From: Negaprion brevirostris | Lineage: Eukaryota | Assembly (NCBI GenBank): GCA_030324005.1 | Contig: JARDVH010000137.1 | Span: forward strand, 23,602,226-23,666,225 | Reading direction: 5' to 3' | Length of the DNA stretch: 64,000 bases | Part shown: positions 38,991 through 52,291 of the stretch, piece after piece | How the letters are laid out: every line of letters starts with the position of its first letter | Numbering within the stretch: the stretch's first letter is position 1 | Program-made: the position numbers and the translations under genes | Notes under the pieces: model-generated | Seen by the model: the letters and a program-made list of their open reading frames with translations, nothing else | What the model was told of the DNA's origin: nothing | The model's database searches: none

Positions 38991-40434
38991 ACACATGCTA
39001 ATGCTCCTTTTGCACCTTGCAAGTGTCTTAAGAACCATTTAGTAGACAGGTAGTCACTGAGTAGGTTCATTGATTTCTGAGGAGAAGGAAATAAAGAAAG
39101 CAAAGCAGATCTGTGCATCTTGATTTGCAAACTAATTTTCTGGTCTGGGTAGACTAGCTAATGGGTCTATGATGCTGGATCACGTGTGCAATCAATCTCA
39201 CAGTTTAAAAATCAGAAACAGATTGGCTGGGGTTTTCTGGCCCTGTTGTAGTGGGACCCACTGTGGGGGTGGATATGGCAGGCTGATCATTGATTATTGG
39301 TGGGGTCAGTAGTATGTGTACATTTTGAATTTTGTGAGATAGCTCTGGCCTTCTATGCAAAAGGGTAAAGGTTTATTTAACCATTCAAATCCTGAGATAT
39401 CCCATGTGGTGAAAATGAGATACACAGCTCCTCCAGGTGCATTAATTTCAGGTGAGCAAAAGGGCAAATTTCAATTTGATCTTTTTAATTGATCTGAGCA
39501 GAAAGCTGCTTCACCTCAATCTGAAAGTCCATTAATACATAATAATGGGTGGATCAGAGAAAACATGGCTAAATCCATTCCCTTTGTGGGTCAGGAAACA
39601 GGGTAAAACACAGAAAAACATACAAGCAGTTCCCAGATTTCAGCCTCATTCCCACATCTGTCAGTGTTGATGTTAACCAACAGAGAACTCCCCCTATCAT
39701 TTGAAAATCCGTAAAATGTAATCCATCAGTGTGGTACATATCAAGCTTCTTATTCCCTCCCTCACTGCAAATATCAGTGACAGTAAGACTGGTCTTGGCT
39801 ATGGGAAAAAAGACTGTCATTTTGGCTTTGATTTTAAGATGGAGGTTGGTACCTTGAGACTCGCATTGAGCAGCCGATTTGCAGAGACTGGGGATGCGGA
39901 GGCCTATTCAATGTTAACAACCAGTTTTCAATTTCCTGCAATGGAGTTGGGAGCACACTGGAAGGACATTTTGGAGTTGCGAAGGGAGGCTGTCAAGTGT
40001 GGGAGGTCAGCTGTGAGGAGAGGTCATTCTATGATACAAGAATCTGAAAAAGAACTGTTCTAAACCTGAAAGTGGTGAAGCCCGAGGAGCTGCAACTGTG
40101 CTCTTAATTTATTGTATTACTAAGTCAAATGTATAATTTATTACACAATTAAGATTAGCATTTAATTAATTAGTCAGATCAAGGGGGATAAAATTCACAT
40201 TAACTAAATAAAGGGCACCGACATTAAAAGGCTCCAAATTTTCATTAGACTAAAATCTGACAGATATAAAAAAAAGTTCCAATTCTGCTGGCCACAGGGA
40301 AGCAATTGTTCTCCCCACTGGCCTCAAAGAAACTGCCTCTAAAGGTTTAGCAATTGCTGTGGCATGGTTTTCCATTTTCTTGATGGCAGTTTAAATCTGT
40401 TGCCAAGTCAAGGGAATATCTTCGTGTGCAGCAT

Positions 40435-40673
40435 AACTGGAATTAAGAATCTACTGATGACCAGGAAACCATTCTCAATTGTTGGAAAAACCCTCCTGGT
40501 TCATTAATGTCCTTTAGGGAACGGAATCTGCAGTCCTTGCCTGGTCTGGCCTACATGTGATTCCAGAGCCACAGCAATGCGGTTGACTCTTAGTTGCCTG
40601 AGGACAATTAAGGATGGGCAATAAATGCTGGCCAGCCAGCGAAGCCCATGTCCTACGATTGAATTTAAAAAAA
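40435..40673 (+). mobile_element. SINE, MER131-like (name tentative), with LINE-shared tail
   Basis: ctggttcattaatgtcctttaggga..ggtctggcctacatgtgattccagagccacagcaat..ggatgggcaataaatgctggcc followed by A-run. Confidence 0.75.
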
Positions 40674-41184
40674 GCAGCAGTGATGTCAGCAAACAGGTAG
40701 GCAGCCAATCACATTGAAGCATTCACATAGACAGCAAACTCGGAAGGAAATAGCAGAAAAATTACCATTCACTTTAACATTTTAGATGGTAAAATGAATG
40801 ATTATGATTAGCTGAATATAGAAGCTAAAATAAAGATAAATAGACATTTTTTAAAAGTATAATATGAAGAGAAATAAATGGAAGTTTGATTTTTATCATT
40901 GTGGAGACATTTGACACTCCCCGCATAGATCAGCTTATGGTGCCAGTGACGTTGTTTAGCAGTAATTATGAAGTTATTATGCTCATAAAATCCCAATTGC
41001 ACCTCTTTCATCAGGGTGCAACTTTTTCAAGCATTTTACAGTGGAATGATCATGTTGGCATTAAGCTGATGATTTTCGTTAGGANNNNNNNNNNNNNNNN
41101 NNNNNNNNNNNNNNNNNNNNNNNNNNNNNNNNNNNNNNNNNNNNNNNNNNNNNNNNNNNNNNNNNNNNNNNNNNNNNNNNNNNN

Positions 41185-41376
41185 GAGAGAGTTGACTCTT
41201 CTGGTAATTTCACTGTTCAGTTTTATTCTGTCGTTTGTGATTTCTTAAAAATGCATTCGTACAAGTTTTTGAGAGGATTTCTAACTTGGCACATTCTCAA
41301 GATGCCACTTCTTGAAACCAAATTATGTTTTACGAAATGAATTTCATTAAATATTGTAGTATCCTCATTACCTTAA
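41185..41376 (+). repeat. Direct duplication copy 2 (left end hidden in gap)
   Basis: Aligns to 38063-38254, offset 3122 bp. Confidence 0.95.
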
Positions 41377-43539
41377 TGTTCTTGTTTTCTTTCTAACAAA
41401 ATGCGTAGAAGAAGCCTCTCACTTGTTTTCCAAATGGGAGCATTAGAGAGATTCTACTGTGGGTGATATGGTTGATCCTTGAAAAGTGCTACTGATCACA
41501 ACACTACTTGGAGCTGCTAAATAATTTACACAGATTGAAATGGCTGCTGCTTTGTCCAATTTAATCTTAATTCCATAGGCATAGATGCATTGCAGCAATT
41601 TGCACGTTTATAGCTCAAGCAGCAGCTCTCCAATTCCCTGACCCCAACACTAAAAGGGACAAGCTGTGGAGACATGTCCCCTCTAAAATCACCTAATGTT
41701 CTTGTATGGACAAACAGCACCATTTCTTTGTGGAATTTTCTGCCTAATGTAAATTATGCTTGCATGCTCACCAAAATAAAAATTGGTTCAAGGAGAAGGC
41801 CAATCATCTCTCTTAGAACAAGTAGCAATGGGATATAAATGCCAAGGTCACCCACATCCAGTAAATGAAATAAAAACTGTTGTGGGAATGGAGGAACCTC
41901 TAGGACTTCAGTGAAATTGACTCTTAACTTTTAGGTCAAATCACTCTGACATTTTCTATAGAGACATGTGAGGGGAGAGAAAATGACCATGATGTGTTTG
42001 AATTTCAGTAGAATTTATGCAGGCTTCTGTGAAATCACAAGTACAGTAGCATTGTGATCGCTATGCTGCAAGTGATCTCAAAGGCCTAGACTAATGTTTC
42101 CATGGCATGAGTTTAAATCCTACCTAAGGAAACAGAATTTAAATTCTGTTAACCAGAAATATTAAGCTAGTCTTTATACAAGATCACTGATTCAGAAAAT
42201 GGGTTTTTACTGATCTGATTATAAAGAAATCTGCCACCCTTACCTCATCTGGCCATAGGTGATATTAGGCAAGTACAAAACTGGTTTCAAACTAAAAGAC
42301 ACATTGGAGATATGTGTTAGTGTAAAACTGGTGTAAGAATAGAAGTAATCCACCCAAGATGAAATATACCATCAGAACAGAGACCAGCTACTGAACCAAA
42401 CTGTAGAGTGGAAAGGTATAAAATGACAGGACATGAGGCAAAATTCAGAGTGTACCAGCCTGCATGGCTAATAGAACAAAATCAAAGCCTGTGGTAAGTT
42501 TCAAATGTAAAACCATACTGACAATCAAGTTTCCTGGAGGAACTTTTGTTCCTACACTGTTAGATGGATGATTAGATGGATGAGGATATATAAAATAAGT
42601 TCCTGGCTGGTCTATGTTCAGATTCCAAGTAAACAAATAAGATCAAGAGGTGTCTAAAGAAATAGACACCTGGTATAATTGCAGTGTAAGTACTAATGTC
42701 CAAAGTTCAACTTTTTGAATACATACATAAAAAATACATTCAAAGATCATGTCTACGGTGGATGGTTGACAGGAAAAAAAACTCCACAAAGAATGGAAAT
42801 ACACATGCTTGATATTTTGTGGATTCAGCATCAGATCACAGGATGGCATTAGTGTACAGTGTCATCACATTCTTCAAAATGCAAAATATAAATATTCAAT
42901 TCAGTGACAGGAGAAGAAGATACTGTTGTGGAGAGATGATTCTGAAAGGGAAAACAAATCTGATCCAGTGTGGAATCTTTACAATGATAGTATAGGCAAA
43001 TTGACCAGAATGAATTTAACTCTTTGTATGGAAACTAAAGACAATTTGTCACTTGGTAGTAGTACCCATTGGGACAGGGTTGCCATCGTACCAAATCTCA
43101 AAGGGAACTACTGTCTGAGACTCTGATTAGTAGAGTCTGTTCCTGATGCAATCTCCATAGCAATGCCTTACCAATCGGTAACTGTTATTCCCTTTGAGGT
43201 TTAATATTCTGGTGAATCTGTCCTGATGGGTGCAAGACAAAAAGCTTTAACAGCATGTCTTTTTTTCAGTGAAATTGATGGTTTAAAATACTGTGATTAA
43301 AGCTACTTAATTCATATAAATAGCTTGCATAATCATGTTTTACATTTCAAATTCTAGACCCTTGTTTTGTAAGGAATTTTGGAGGCTTCAAAGCTTGAAT
43401 TATACACCTGTGATCTATGATTTTAAAAAGTAATGCTTTTTAATGAATAGCCAGAATAAAATTGATATTTTTGTTTAAACCAAATAACTATTTAACTATG
43501 AAAAGGAGGGGGGGGGGAAATAGTATTATTAAACAACAC

Positions 43540-44830
43540 TGGAGGATAATACTTTCCATAGGAAAGCAATCCAAAGAACAGATAACTTCTGGATTCAGTT
43601 GCTTAACTGGGAACTAGTCGTCTACTGAACAGAGGAAAGGAATTCATGAATAAATGAAGCAAGTGCCAACAATAGACCCATCACTGTGGAAGATTTAAAT
43701 TAGCAACAGTAGTTCAGGATGTTTGTGATGAAATTGGAATGTTTTGTTTTGCAGTGTGTTTCCAATTAATAATTTCAACAAAGGAAGTAGTACTGCTTGA
43801 CCTGGTTCTAGCTAATGAAGCAAAATAAATCAGTGACCTAAGAGATGGGGACAGGGGTAGGTACAGTGGGGGAGGCAACACTTCGAAAACAGTGATGTCA
43901 ATAAATATAATACAAGGTCAGATTAAACATGTAAAAGGAAAAAGANNNNNNNNNNNNNNNNNNNNNNNNNNNNNNNNNNNNNNNNNNNNNNNNNNNNNNN
44001 NNNNNNNNNNNNNNNNNNNNNNNNNNNNNNNNNNNNNNNNNNNNNGGAAAAAGAATTGGGGACAACATGACAAAAAAAACAAGTTATAGCAAGAAAGAAC
44101 TGTACTGAGATTGAGTGGAAGGAAAATTGGCAAATAGAATTGTTGATCACAGTAGGAAGTTTCTGAATGAGACTATAAATCAACACATTGCAAGAGTGAA
44201 TTGTGCCACAACTTTAAACAAAGTTTCCCTATTCAACTGTGGAATCCAAAGTGTTTACTGGCTAAAGAATGAATGCTGGGACTTGGAGAAAATTAGTAAA
44301 GTCATGGACAATAAAAAGACTTTGTCAACACAGGAGCAGTAAGGATCAATCAAGATGGAGGAAAAACGGGTAAGAGAGTTTATAGTGATTGAAAGGAGGA
44401 CCATTTTTAGACTGGATGCAGAATTGTGATACCACAAGAATGAGTCACAAACTGATGTTATCAGTCAAAGTAAATTGTCATCAAATAAATTACTCAATGC
44501 GTCACATATAAGCATCCAAAGAGAATAAATAGCAATTGCTCTATAATTTTCCAAATTTCTCTGGACAGGAAAATTGCAGTATATGCCGAGAACATGTGGG
44601 ATGAAGAGACTAATATCCCAGGAAATAAGGGTGCATTATTAGAATTTATTACATTGGGTGAAATTACATAGCTGTTGGCAAAAAATGAGCAAACAAACAA
44701 GGACTAGCCAGCTTCAATTTCTGTGCAAGTCTTTTGAATAAATGAGAATTGGTAACCAAAATGCATCAAATGTGACTTCCATGGATTTTAAAACAATTTA
44801 AAGTACTCCATTAGGTGGCAACAATAAGGC
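43540..44830 (+). mobile_element. Very old CR1 ORF2 (endonuclease to RT) remnant
   Basis: gtggaagatttaaat (GDFN-like), ctgcttgacctggttctagctaatgaa (LLDLVLANE). Confidence 0.5.
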
Positions 44831-45504
44831 CAGTTCCTGTAATCCCACACAGGCAGCAAGACTCCAACAGCATGCCTGGTACATTGCAATTGTGTAAATT
44901 TTAACAAGTTTATTTATATAGCACCAAATGAACTATCTCAAGGTTCTTCTTAGGAAGATTATAAAACCCACAATGTGACACTGAGCCACACAACATAAGA
45001 TGAACAAATAGAATTAACACATGGAATTAAGGTTTTGTGAACATGTGAATGGGGAGTAGTTGAAGGGCAGAATGCAAAGGTTGGGGTAGAGGTTTCTCTG
45101 TACTGCAGGTGGCTGCTCAGTTTATTATACACACAATGGATGAAAATTGAGAGAACAATATTGAAAAGCTGAAGATGCACACAGTTACTGAATGCATCAA
45201 ACTATTTTTCCCCTCAATGTTCCACTTAATCATCATGATTCTTTTATTCCTTCACATACCATTTTCACTTGATGTTGGAAGAATGATGTTTAAAATGTAC
45301 TTGCAATATCTTTTTTTGAGGAACTTCCAACAAACTGACTAGTGCACTGATGTGAGGATTTCTGAACTGTCATTAAAATATTCAAGAATTCTGGCTGTCA
45401 TGTTTAAGTATGGTTGACTTTCTTTGTTCAACTGTAACTTAACGTGTATTATGAAATTTAACCACATGCCATAACACAAGGTTAATGTGTCCAAGGTACA
45501 TGCG

Positions 45505-46345
45505 TAAGAACATTAGAAACTGGGTCAGGAATAAGTTATTCAGTCCCTCAAGCCAAATCAAATCCTAGTATTTTTGCTAAAGGAATATAAAGTGTAGCTG
45601 CTACTGTACAAAGCATTAGTGAGACTGCACCTAGAATATTGTGCAGTTTTGGTCCCCCTACATGAGAAGGATGTAGCTGCATTGCAGGAAGTTCAGGAGG
45701 TTCATTAGATTGTAACATATACACCTCATTTCTGGAATCAAAGAGAGATCTATAGTTTAGATCTATACTTCCTGGAGTTTAAAAGAATGCGAGGAGATTT
45801 AATTGAGGCATACGAGATGATAAAGGGAATTGATAAAGTAGACATGGAGAAGCTATTTCCTCTTGTAAGGTAATCTAGAACAAGTGGCCACAGTTTTAGG
45901 ATTAAGGGTAGCAGATCTAAACAGATAAGGAGGAGCTACTCTCAAAAGGTTCACGAGGCTGTGGAATTCACTACCCCAGAGCATGGCGGATACTGGAGAA
46001 TAAATTTGAGGAAGAAGTGGACAGATTTTTAATTAGTAAGTGTTTGAAGGACTATGGTGAACAGACAGGGAAGTGGGTTGAGGCCGAAACAAGATCAGCC
46101 ATGATTATTTTAAATGTTAGAGCAGGCTCCGGGGGGGGGGGTGGTGGTCAGGAATTGTCTACTCCTAATTCTTATGATTCCACTTTCCTGCCTGTTCCCA
46201 TAACCCACAAATCCCTTGCCAATCAAACATCTAACTCAACCTTGACTATATGATGGACCCAGCTTCCACTGCTGCCTCTGGGAAAAAAAATACCACAGAA
46301 TAACAACCATCTGAGAGAAGAAATTCCTCAACTATATCTTAAATA
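45505..46345. mobile_element. CR1 3' end (+, about 45570-46175) inserted into an opposite-strand CR1 3' end
   Basis: - strand tail at 45505-45560 resumes at about 46176; + copy has tagaatattgtgcagttttggtccccc and MDRFLISK. Confidence 0.7.
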
Positions 46346-46879
46346 TCAGCAAGCATGAAGACTGAATGGCCTGCATCTATTTTTATGTTCATTACCCTGC
46401 ACTATTGCCTTGTCCTTTCTTCTCAGTTTTCCAAAAATCCCTTAGTGTCTATCTTTCCCTTCACTATTTAGTTTAAAGTCATCAGTTATATTTTGTTTTC
46501 CCCTCACATCAATCTGTATTCAGCTGGAGAGAAATCAGACTTAACTGATGCTAATTTGTACCTTTGTATTACTAGCTTTAAATTTAGCTGTTCAAATGCT
46601 GTTAGTAGAACCTTTGTTGGTCCTGACTGTAATTACTCCTCTTCAGTGTCAAGAAGATATCCTTAATCCTGGCAACATAGCCTTTCAGTCTTATACATTC
46701 ATCTGCAGAAAACATATATATATAAAAATAAGTTTTAAAAAAATATTATCCCCCCATTACAACAATGTTCCCCCAACACCTCAATTTGCTCATCCTTTCT
46801 GCAGTTTCTGTACTTATCCACACAAACTGCAAGAAACTTGATCGTGTTGGATAATTGCAATAGCTCAGGGTACTCCATT

Positions 46880-47420
46880 CTGGATTATCATACCTGCCTC
46901 CATTGAAATCACACTCTTCTGCCCTTGACCACTGACCAAATTCAAAGGACAGAGCCTGAGGGATGTCACTACCTCCTAGAAAATAGTATCTAGATCACTT
47001 TGCCCCCTCCCAAATACATGAATGTCTGAAGCTCAGGACTCCAGCTCATCAACTTTGTCTCCATAGCATGCAAGAAACAATACTTTTCACAATATTAATA
47101 CATGTGACAATAATAAATCAAATCAAACTTGAGTTCAAGTTCTCTTAGCAGCACTTACCAGAGATATGGATCACACAGGTGGCCAATAGATCTTTCATGC
47201 TGCAGCTGCTCCTCATCACCTGCTGTGTTGATGTCACAATAATTATCTGTAGATAAGCTATAATGCATTATTTACATCTCCCTAGTATCAGTTTAAATGA
47301 CTGCCCCAGTTAGAGAAATAAATCTTTAAACTTACCAACCACTCACCTACTTGTTCATCTGAATACGTCCAGGCTCACATCCTGCCACTGGTCTCTGGCT
47401 TCTTCTCTTACACCACTCCT
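46880..47420 (-). mobile_element. CR1 ORF1/5' region remnant
   Basis: - strand reads ...LRELEL-KVDELES...LQT once a short LINE-tail insert (about 47058-47127, ...gtgacaataataaatcaaatcaaa) is removed. Confidence 0.45.
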
Positions 47421-47494
47421 TTTTTGTAAAGGATCACAAGAGCACTCCCTCCCTCTTTGTACCAAATTCCCAAGCAGCTATCGTTATATCCATT

Positions 47495-47770
47495 AAATCC
47501 CGACGGTGCCAACTCGATGGGCCATGTGACCATCTTCTGCACTAATTCTCAAACAGCATCTTATCCAGACCCAAACCCCCGTCTCATCTCCGCAATCCTG
47601 TGCATTTACCATGGCCAATCCACTTAACCTGCACATCATTGGACTGTGGGATGAAATCAGAGCACCCAGCAAAAATCCATGCACAGGGAGAAAGTGCAAA
47701 CTCCACACAGTCACCAAGGCCAGGATTGAATCCAGGTCCCTGAGGCAGTAGTGCTAATTATTATGCTATC
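47495..47770 (-). mobile_element. HE1/V-SINE
   Basis: Reverse-strand core catggccaatccacttaacctgcacatc...tgcaaactccacacag. Confidence 0.8.
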
Positions 47771-47959
47771 CTATTAGCAAGAAGGATTAGAGTAAGAAAA
47801 GGGGCAAAGCCATGAGGGCTTTGAAATCAAGTGAGAATTTATAATTTTAAGGCCTTACTTTACTAAGAGCTAATAATAGTGGGATATTGGAGTTGTCTGT
47901 AATGTCACGTTTGGAAAGGAGAAAGAGGTCCTGTTGTATGAAAACATGCAGTCATGTTT

Positions 47960-48705
47960 ATCTACTGCACCTCTTGGTATCTGACAATGAAGATAACAAC
48001 TGAAGACTACAGGGTCGATTTCTATACCAGCGGAATGCAGTACAGACAAGGAATCATCAGATACTTTGAGTTAGGCATCACACAAAAGCATCAAGCAATT
48101 ACACGTGAAAGAGGATTGCTGTTTTGGGTGTGGGAAACAACATCATGATTGGTTTGTCTGGACTAAGGCAGGGACTAGGCTAAATTAAAAGATGCTAAGC
48201 ATTGATCATCCAAACAGAATGTCTTCAAGAATGTGCTTTGATATTTTTGATAAAGTTTGATAATAAAAAGGGCAAGGCAGTTGCATCTGGCACTGCAGTC
48301 ATGGAGGGGGGTCAGGAATAGTCTCCCTGATTCACAGGAAGACAAAAGGAGGGTTTTAAAACTAATAAGGGTGTTAAGACATAGCATAATCTTAAAATTG
48401 AAAGTTAAAAGTGTTTTCAGGAACATTATTACAGNNNNNNNNNNNNNNNNNNNNNNNNNNNNNNNNNNNNNNNNNNNNNNNNNNNNNNNNNNNNNNNNNN
48501 NNNNNNNNNNNNNNNNNNNNNNNNNNNNNNNNNNTATCCCCCCATCCAAAAGGGTTGTGGATATTTGGACAATTAACATTAAATGTTATTAGTCAGAACA
48601 AACTATACAGAGTAAAGGTGGGAAAATGGAGAAAAGGTACCAGTCAGGAATGGTCAAATAGAATGACAGAATAGGCTCAAGGAGCTGAATAACCCACTGT
48701 TCCCC
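47960..48705 (+). mobile_element. Old CR1 3' remnant
   Basis: aaagggttgtggatatttggac..., ggctcaaggagctgaataacccactgttcc tail. Confidence 0.45.
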
Positions 48706-49019
48706 AGAACTGAGTTTAGTCCTGATCCTATTTTTATGTTGAATTGATGTACTTCTGCAGAAAATAGGATTCTATATGACTGGTAGCAGATTACAACTTA
48801 GTAATATAGCTGAAAAAAAATGAAATTGAGAAACTGTAAAGCACTAGAGCAAAATTCAAACAATTTGCTCATTGGATGAACCCAAAAAGTGAATAATTGC
48901 CTTCAGTCCCTTGACTTGATCTTCCTCGTTACAGAAGGAATGTAGAAGGATGTTACAGAATTGTAGAACGGTTGCAGCACAGGAGGAGGCCATTCAAGTC
49001 CTCACATTCATACCAGCTT

Positions 49020-49315
49020 TCATAACATCTGACATTGCAGAAGGAGACCATAGAGATGGCACCGACCATAATCCCACCCAGACCCTATCCCCATACATTT
49101 ACCCTAGCTAGTCCCCTTGACACTAAGGGGCAACTTAGCATGGCTAATCCACCTAACCTGTACATCTTTGGACTGTGAGAAGAAACCAGAGCACCCAGAA
49201 TAAACAGACGCAGACACGGGGAGAATGTGCAAATTCCACAGACAGGTGACCCAAGCCAGGAATTGAACCCGGTCCCTGGAGCTGACAGGCAGCAGTGCTA
49301 ACCACTGCGCTACCT
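49020..49315 (-). mobile_element. HE1/V-SINE nested in a CR1 3' fragment (48945-49620, -)
   Basis: gcagtgctaaccactgcgctacc head; aggggcaacttagcatggctaatccacctaacctg core. Confidence 0.85.
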
Positions 49316-50160
49316 TGTCTCACTCCCACAGACTTGCACATTTTATCTCCAGATAATATCCAATACCCTTTGGAAGGCATCAATTGAATCTGCCTCCAAA
49401 ATGCATTCCAGATCCTAATCACTGCATAAACGTTTTGCCAACATTGCTTTTTTTTTGTGTCCTCTGGTTCTCAATCCACTGACAATTTTGCTCTTTGGTC
49501 TGTCCAGACCTCATATGATTTTGAGCACCGCTCTTAAATCTCCAGTTAAGAAACAGCCTCACCCTCTCCAATCTCTGCACATAACTGAAATACATCATCC
49601 CTGGAACCACTGGATTCGTTATGAATAATGCAAATCTAATTTTCAGCTGGAAACAAGTCTGAAAAAAACCCATCCACGTTCTTAGCAATTGACTAATGCT
49701 GTGTGTAGATTGATATTAGTTAAGATTTTCCGCAGGGACTACTTCTTGATTTTTCAGGGACTACTTAGATCTGAAGATTTACATTAGAAACCAAACCATT
49801 CTCCACAAGTCAGTAAGACATGGAACAGGAGTACACTGTTCGGCCCCTCAATTTTCAAAAGCAGGAACTTACCATTCACTCTAAGCTTCCAATAAAGGAT
49901 ATTAAAATGACACTTGTTGCTGAGCGGACAGTCAAAAATCCAATAACAATTAAACAGTTTCCCTTCGTTCCCCAACCAGCTCCCCTCCCAACATTATCCT
50001 TTGCCAGCGGCTGATACTGAAGCAACAACAGGTTCTTCTGGATCAACTGGAGTCCCAGCTTCTTTGTACTCAGTATTTTTTTTCTAAAATCACGCCCAAC
50101 AGCAAAAAACCTCATCTACAAACACTCCCTATAGCACAAAAATTTAAAGAAAAACCTAAT

Positions 50161-50436
50161 GGGTGGCAAGGTGATACAATGGTTAGCATTGCTGCCTCGT
50201 GGCACCAAGGATCCAGGTTCATTTCCAGCTTGTGTGGAGTTTACATGTTTTCCCCATCTGCGTGGATTCTCTCCACAGTCCAGAGAAGTATGGGGTAGGT
50301 GGATCGGCTATGCTCAGTGTCAGGGGGATCAGCAGGGTAAACATGTGGGGTTATAGGGATACGGCCTGGATGGGATTGTTGCCAGTGCAGACTCGATGGG
50401 CCAAATGGCCGCCTCCTGTGCTGCAGGGATTCTATA
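50161..50436 (+). mobile_element. HE1/V-SINE
   Basis: ggtggcaaggtgatacaatggttagcattgctgcctc head; gactcgatgggccaaatggccgcctcctgtgctgcagggattctat tail. Confidence 0.85.
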
Positions 50437-51153
50437 AAATTTAAAGGGGGTAAATTTCTCCCATAATGTTTTTTACTCCACTACCCCAGATCTCTTTACT
50501 CCGAATATTTGTTGAGCAATTATTAAAAAGGAAGAAACACATTGAAAAGTATTTAAATTATTTTTGGTTTGGTAGTTGTTCTATCAATAGGTTGCAATCG
50601 GGAAAGCCAGGTGAATTTTGAGAGAAAATCAAGCTGTATNNNNAAAAGTTAATTATATACAAAAATAAAGTTTGTGAAATTGAGCAATATCATCTGTGGC
50701 CCTCATTTCCCTTCAGTCAGAGCTGCTTTATCTGCATGGGATCCACCAGCATTTTGACCTCTGGTGCTCCCAAGCTGGCTCCTCCAATGACAGGTTTGCT
50801 CCTTCAATGACAATTATGTACTGTTTTTCCTGGTCTCAACAAAATACCTGTGATTGTTCAGCCCTGAACCATGGAGGAACCATAATAAAAAGGTACCACA
50901 GTGACCCAACTTCAACTTTTCACAGCTACTCGTGACATTGCTAGGTTAAATCTGCCCATTGCCCCAACATATATTCTAAACCCTGTTTTACTGACATCAC
51001 AGCACACTGATCTCAAACAAATTTAACCAATGCCAAGAGTTTTAATTTGTGATTCACTGAATAATGGATCAAAATGTATGAGCAAAACCTCAGGTCCAGC
51101 TCCTTCATGTACCAGTATTTCTTGTAAATTCTCTGTTGGTGCTATTTTGCATA

Positions 51154-51259
51154 ACCTGATGAAGGAGCTACACTCCAAAAGCTTGCACTACCAACTAAAC
51201 CTCTGACTTTAACCTGGTGTTGAGAGACTTCTTACTGTTCACCAGCATCTCCACATCAT
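51154..51259 (+). mobile_element. Penelope-like repeat with hammerhead relic
   Basis: cCTGATGAaGGAGctacaCTCCaaaagctt...gactttaacctggtgttgagagacttcttactg...gcatctccacatcat. Confidence 0.7.
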
Positions 51260-52209
51260 TATTGGTTTTGGGAAATTGATCCATTTCAAGTTTCTACTGC
51301 TGTTCTCCCAAGTTTAAACACCTCCTCGTGACTTCCTCAGTTGAAAAAAAGTTGTCACAATTTTAAAAAATATCCACAGCAGGTAGCTGGCACAACTGTA
51401 TGCGGCTTAGTAGGTAACATGTGTGATTCCTAATCAGAAGATTGTGGATTTAAATAAGAATATCACATCAATGCACTATTGGAGTATTATGCCACAAAAG
51501 CAGTTATCCCCTACCCCTTTTTTAATTCAAGAAGTATTCAATTGACCATAAAGCACTATGGAATATCCAGTTATTATCAAAGGGACTCTATAAATGCAAG
51601 TCTTTGTTGATGACCTTCAATCATTGAACTTCGAACTGATCTGGTTGCCATATGCCAGTCAAATGTGCAGAAATTTTTAAAAAGTGTTGGAACAGTTGAA
51701 CAGATCCGTCTGTTCAGAAATCATTTACCATGTTTAACAGGGCAAGGGCTACCGAGAAATTGCAGTTTTAAACTCTTTAGCAATGCTCTCCCCAGAAGAC
51801 TTGCTGCAGGGTGTTAAGAAGATCAGAGTGATCACTTGTATTAGCATTAATGTATACGTCACTCACTCTTCCAGGGAAGGGACAAAAATTCCATTCTCCC
51901 CAAATCGTTGTCAATTTGAGGTGTTGGAATGTATTCATGACAAAAGCAAGACTCTGCATTAATGTAACACAGCACAAGAGCTATACCTAATCTGAACCAA
52001 GATTTTCAAATTAACTATTACACAACATTAATAGAACAGGGATTTGGGAGTGTGCCCCACAATCCAAATTAGATCCAGAGTTTGTTCTGCTGCAGAGTAG
52101 ACTTTCCATTGTACAATCTCACTGTACACATCAGGAAATTCAACAACTTAGAACATTTTGACTAACAGCTCATTAACATGGAAGCAGAAAAATCCACAGT
52201 TTTGGATCT

Positions 52210-52215
52210 TTTATT
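52210..52215 (-). terminator. Candidate DCXR polyadenylation signal AATAAA
   Basis: tttatt on + strand, 76 nt past the DCXR stop. Confidence 0.65.
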
Positions 52216-52291
52216 CATTTAGGATAGCATTGAATCGAGCTAAATGGAAATCCACTCAGGCCATTGAGCCACTATTTACAAATAAACCAGT

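Noticed and set aside
39569-41080. Additional gene between RAC3 and DCXR (ORFs 39731..40063, 40886..41248)
   Set aside because: No recognisable domains or coherent exon chain; the region looks like unclassified repeat and SINE debris
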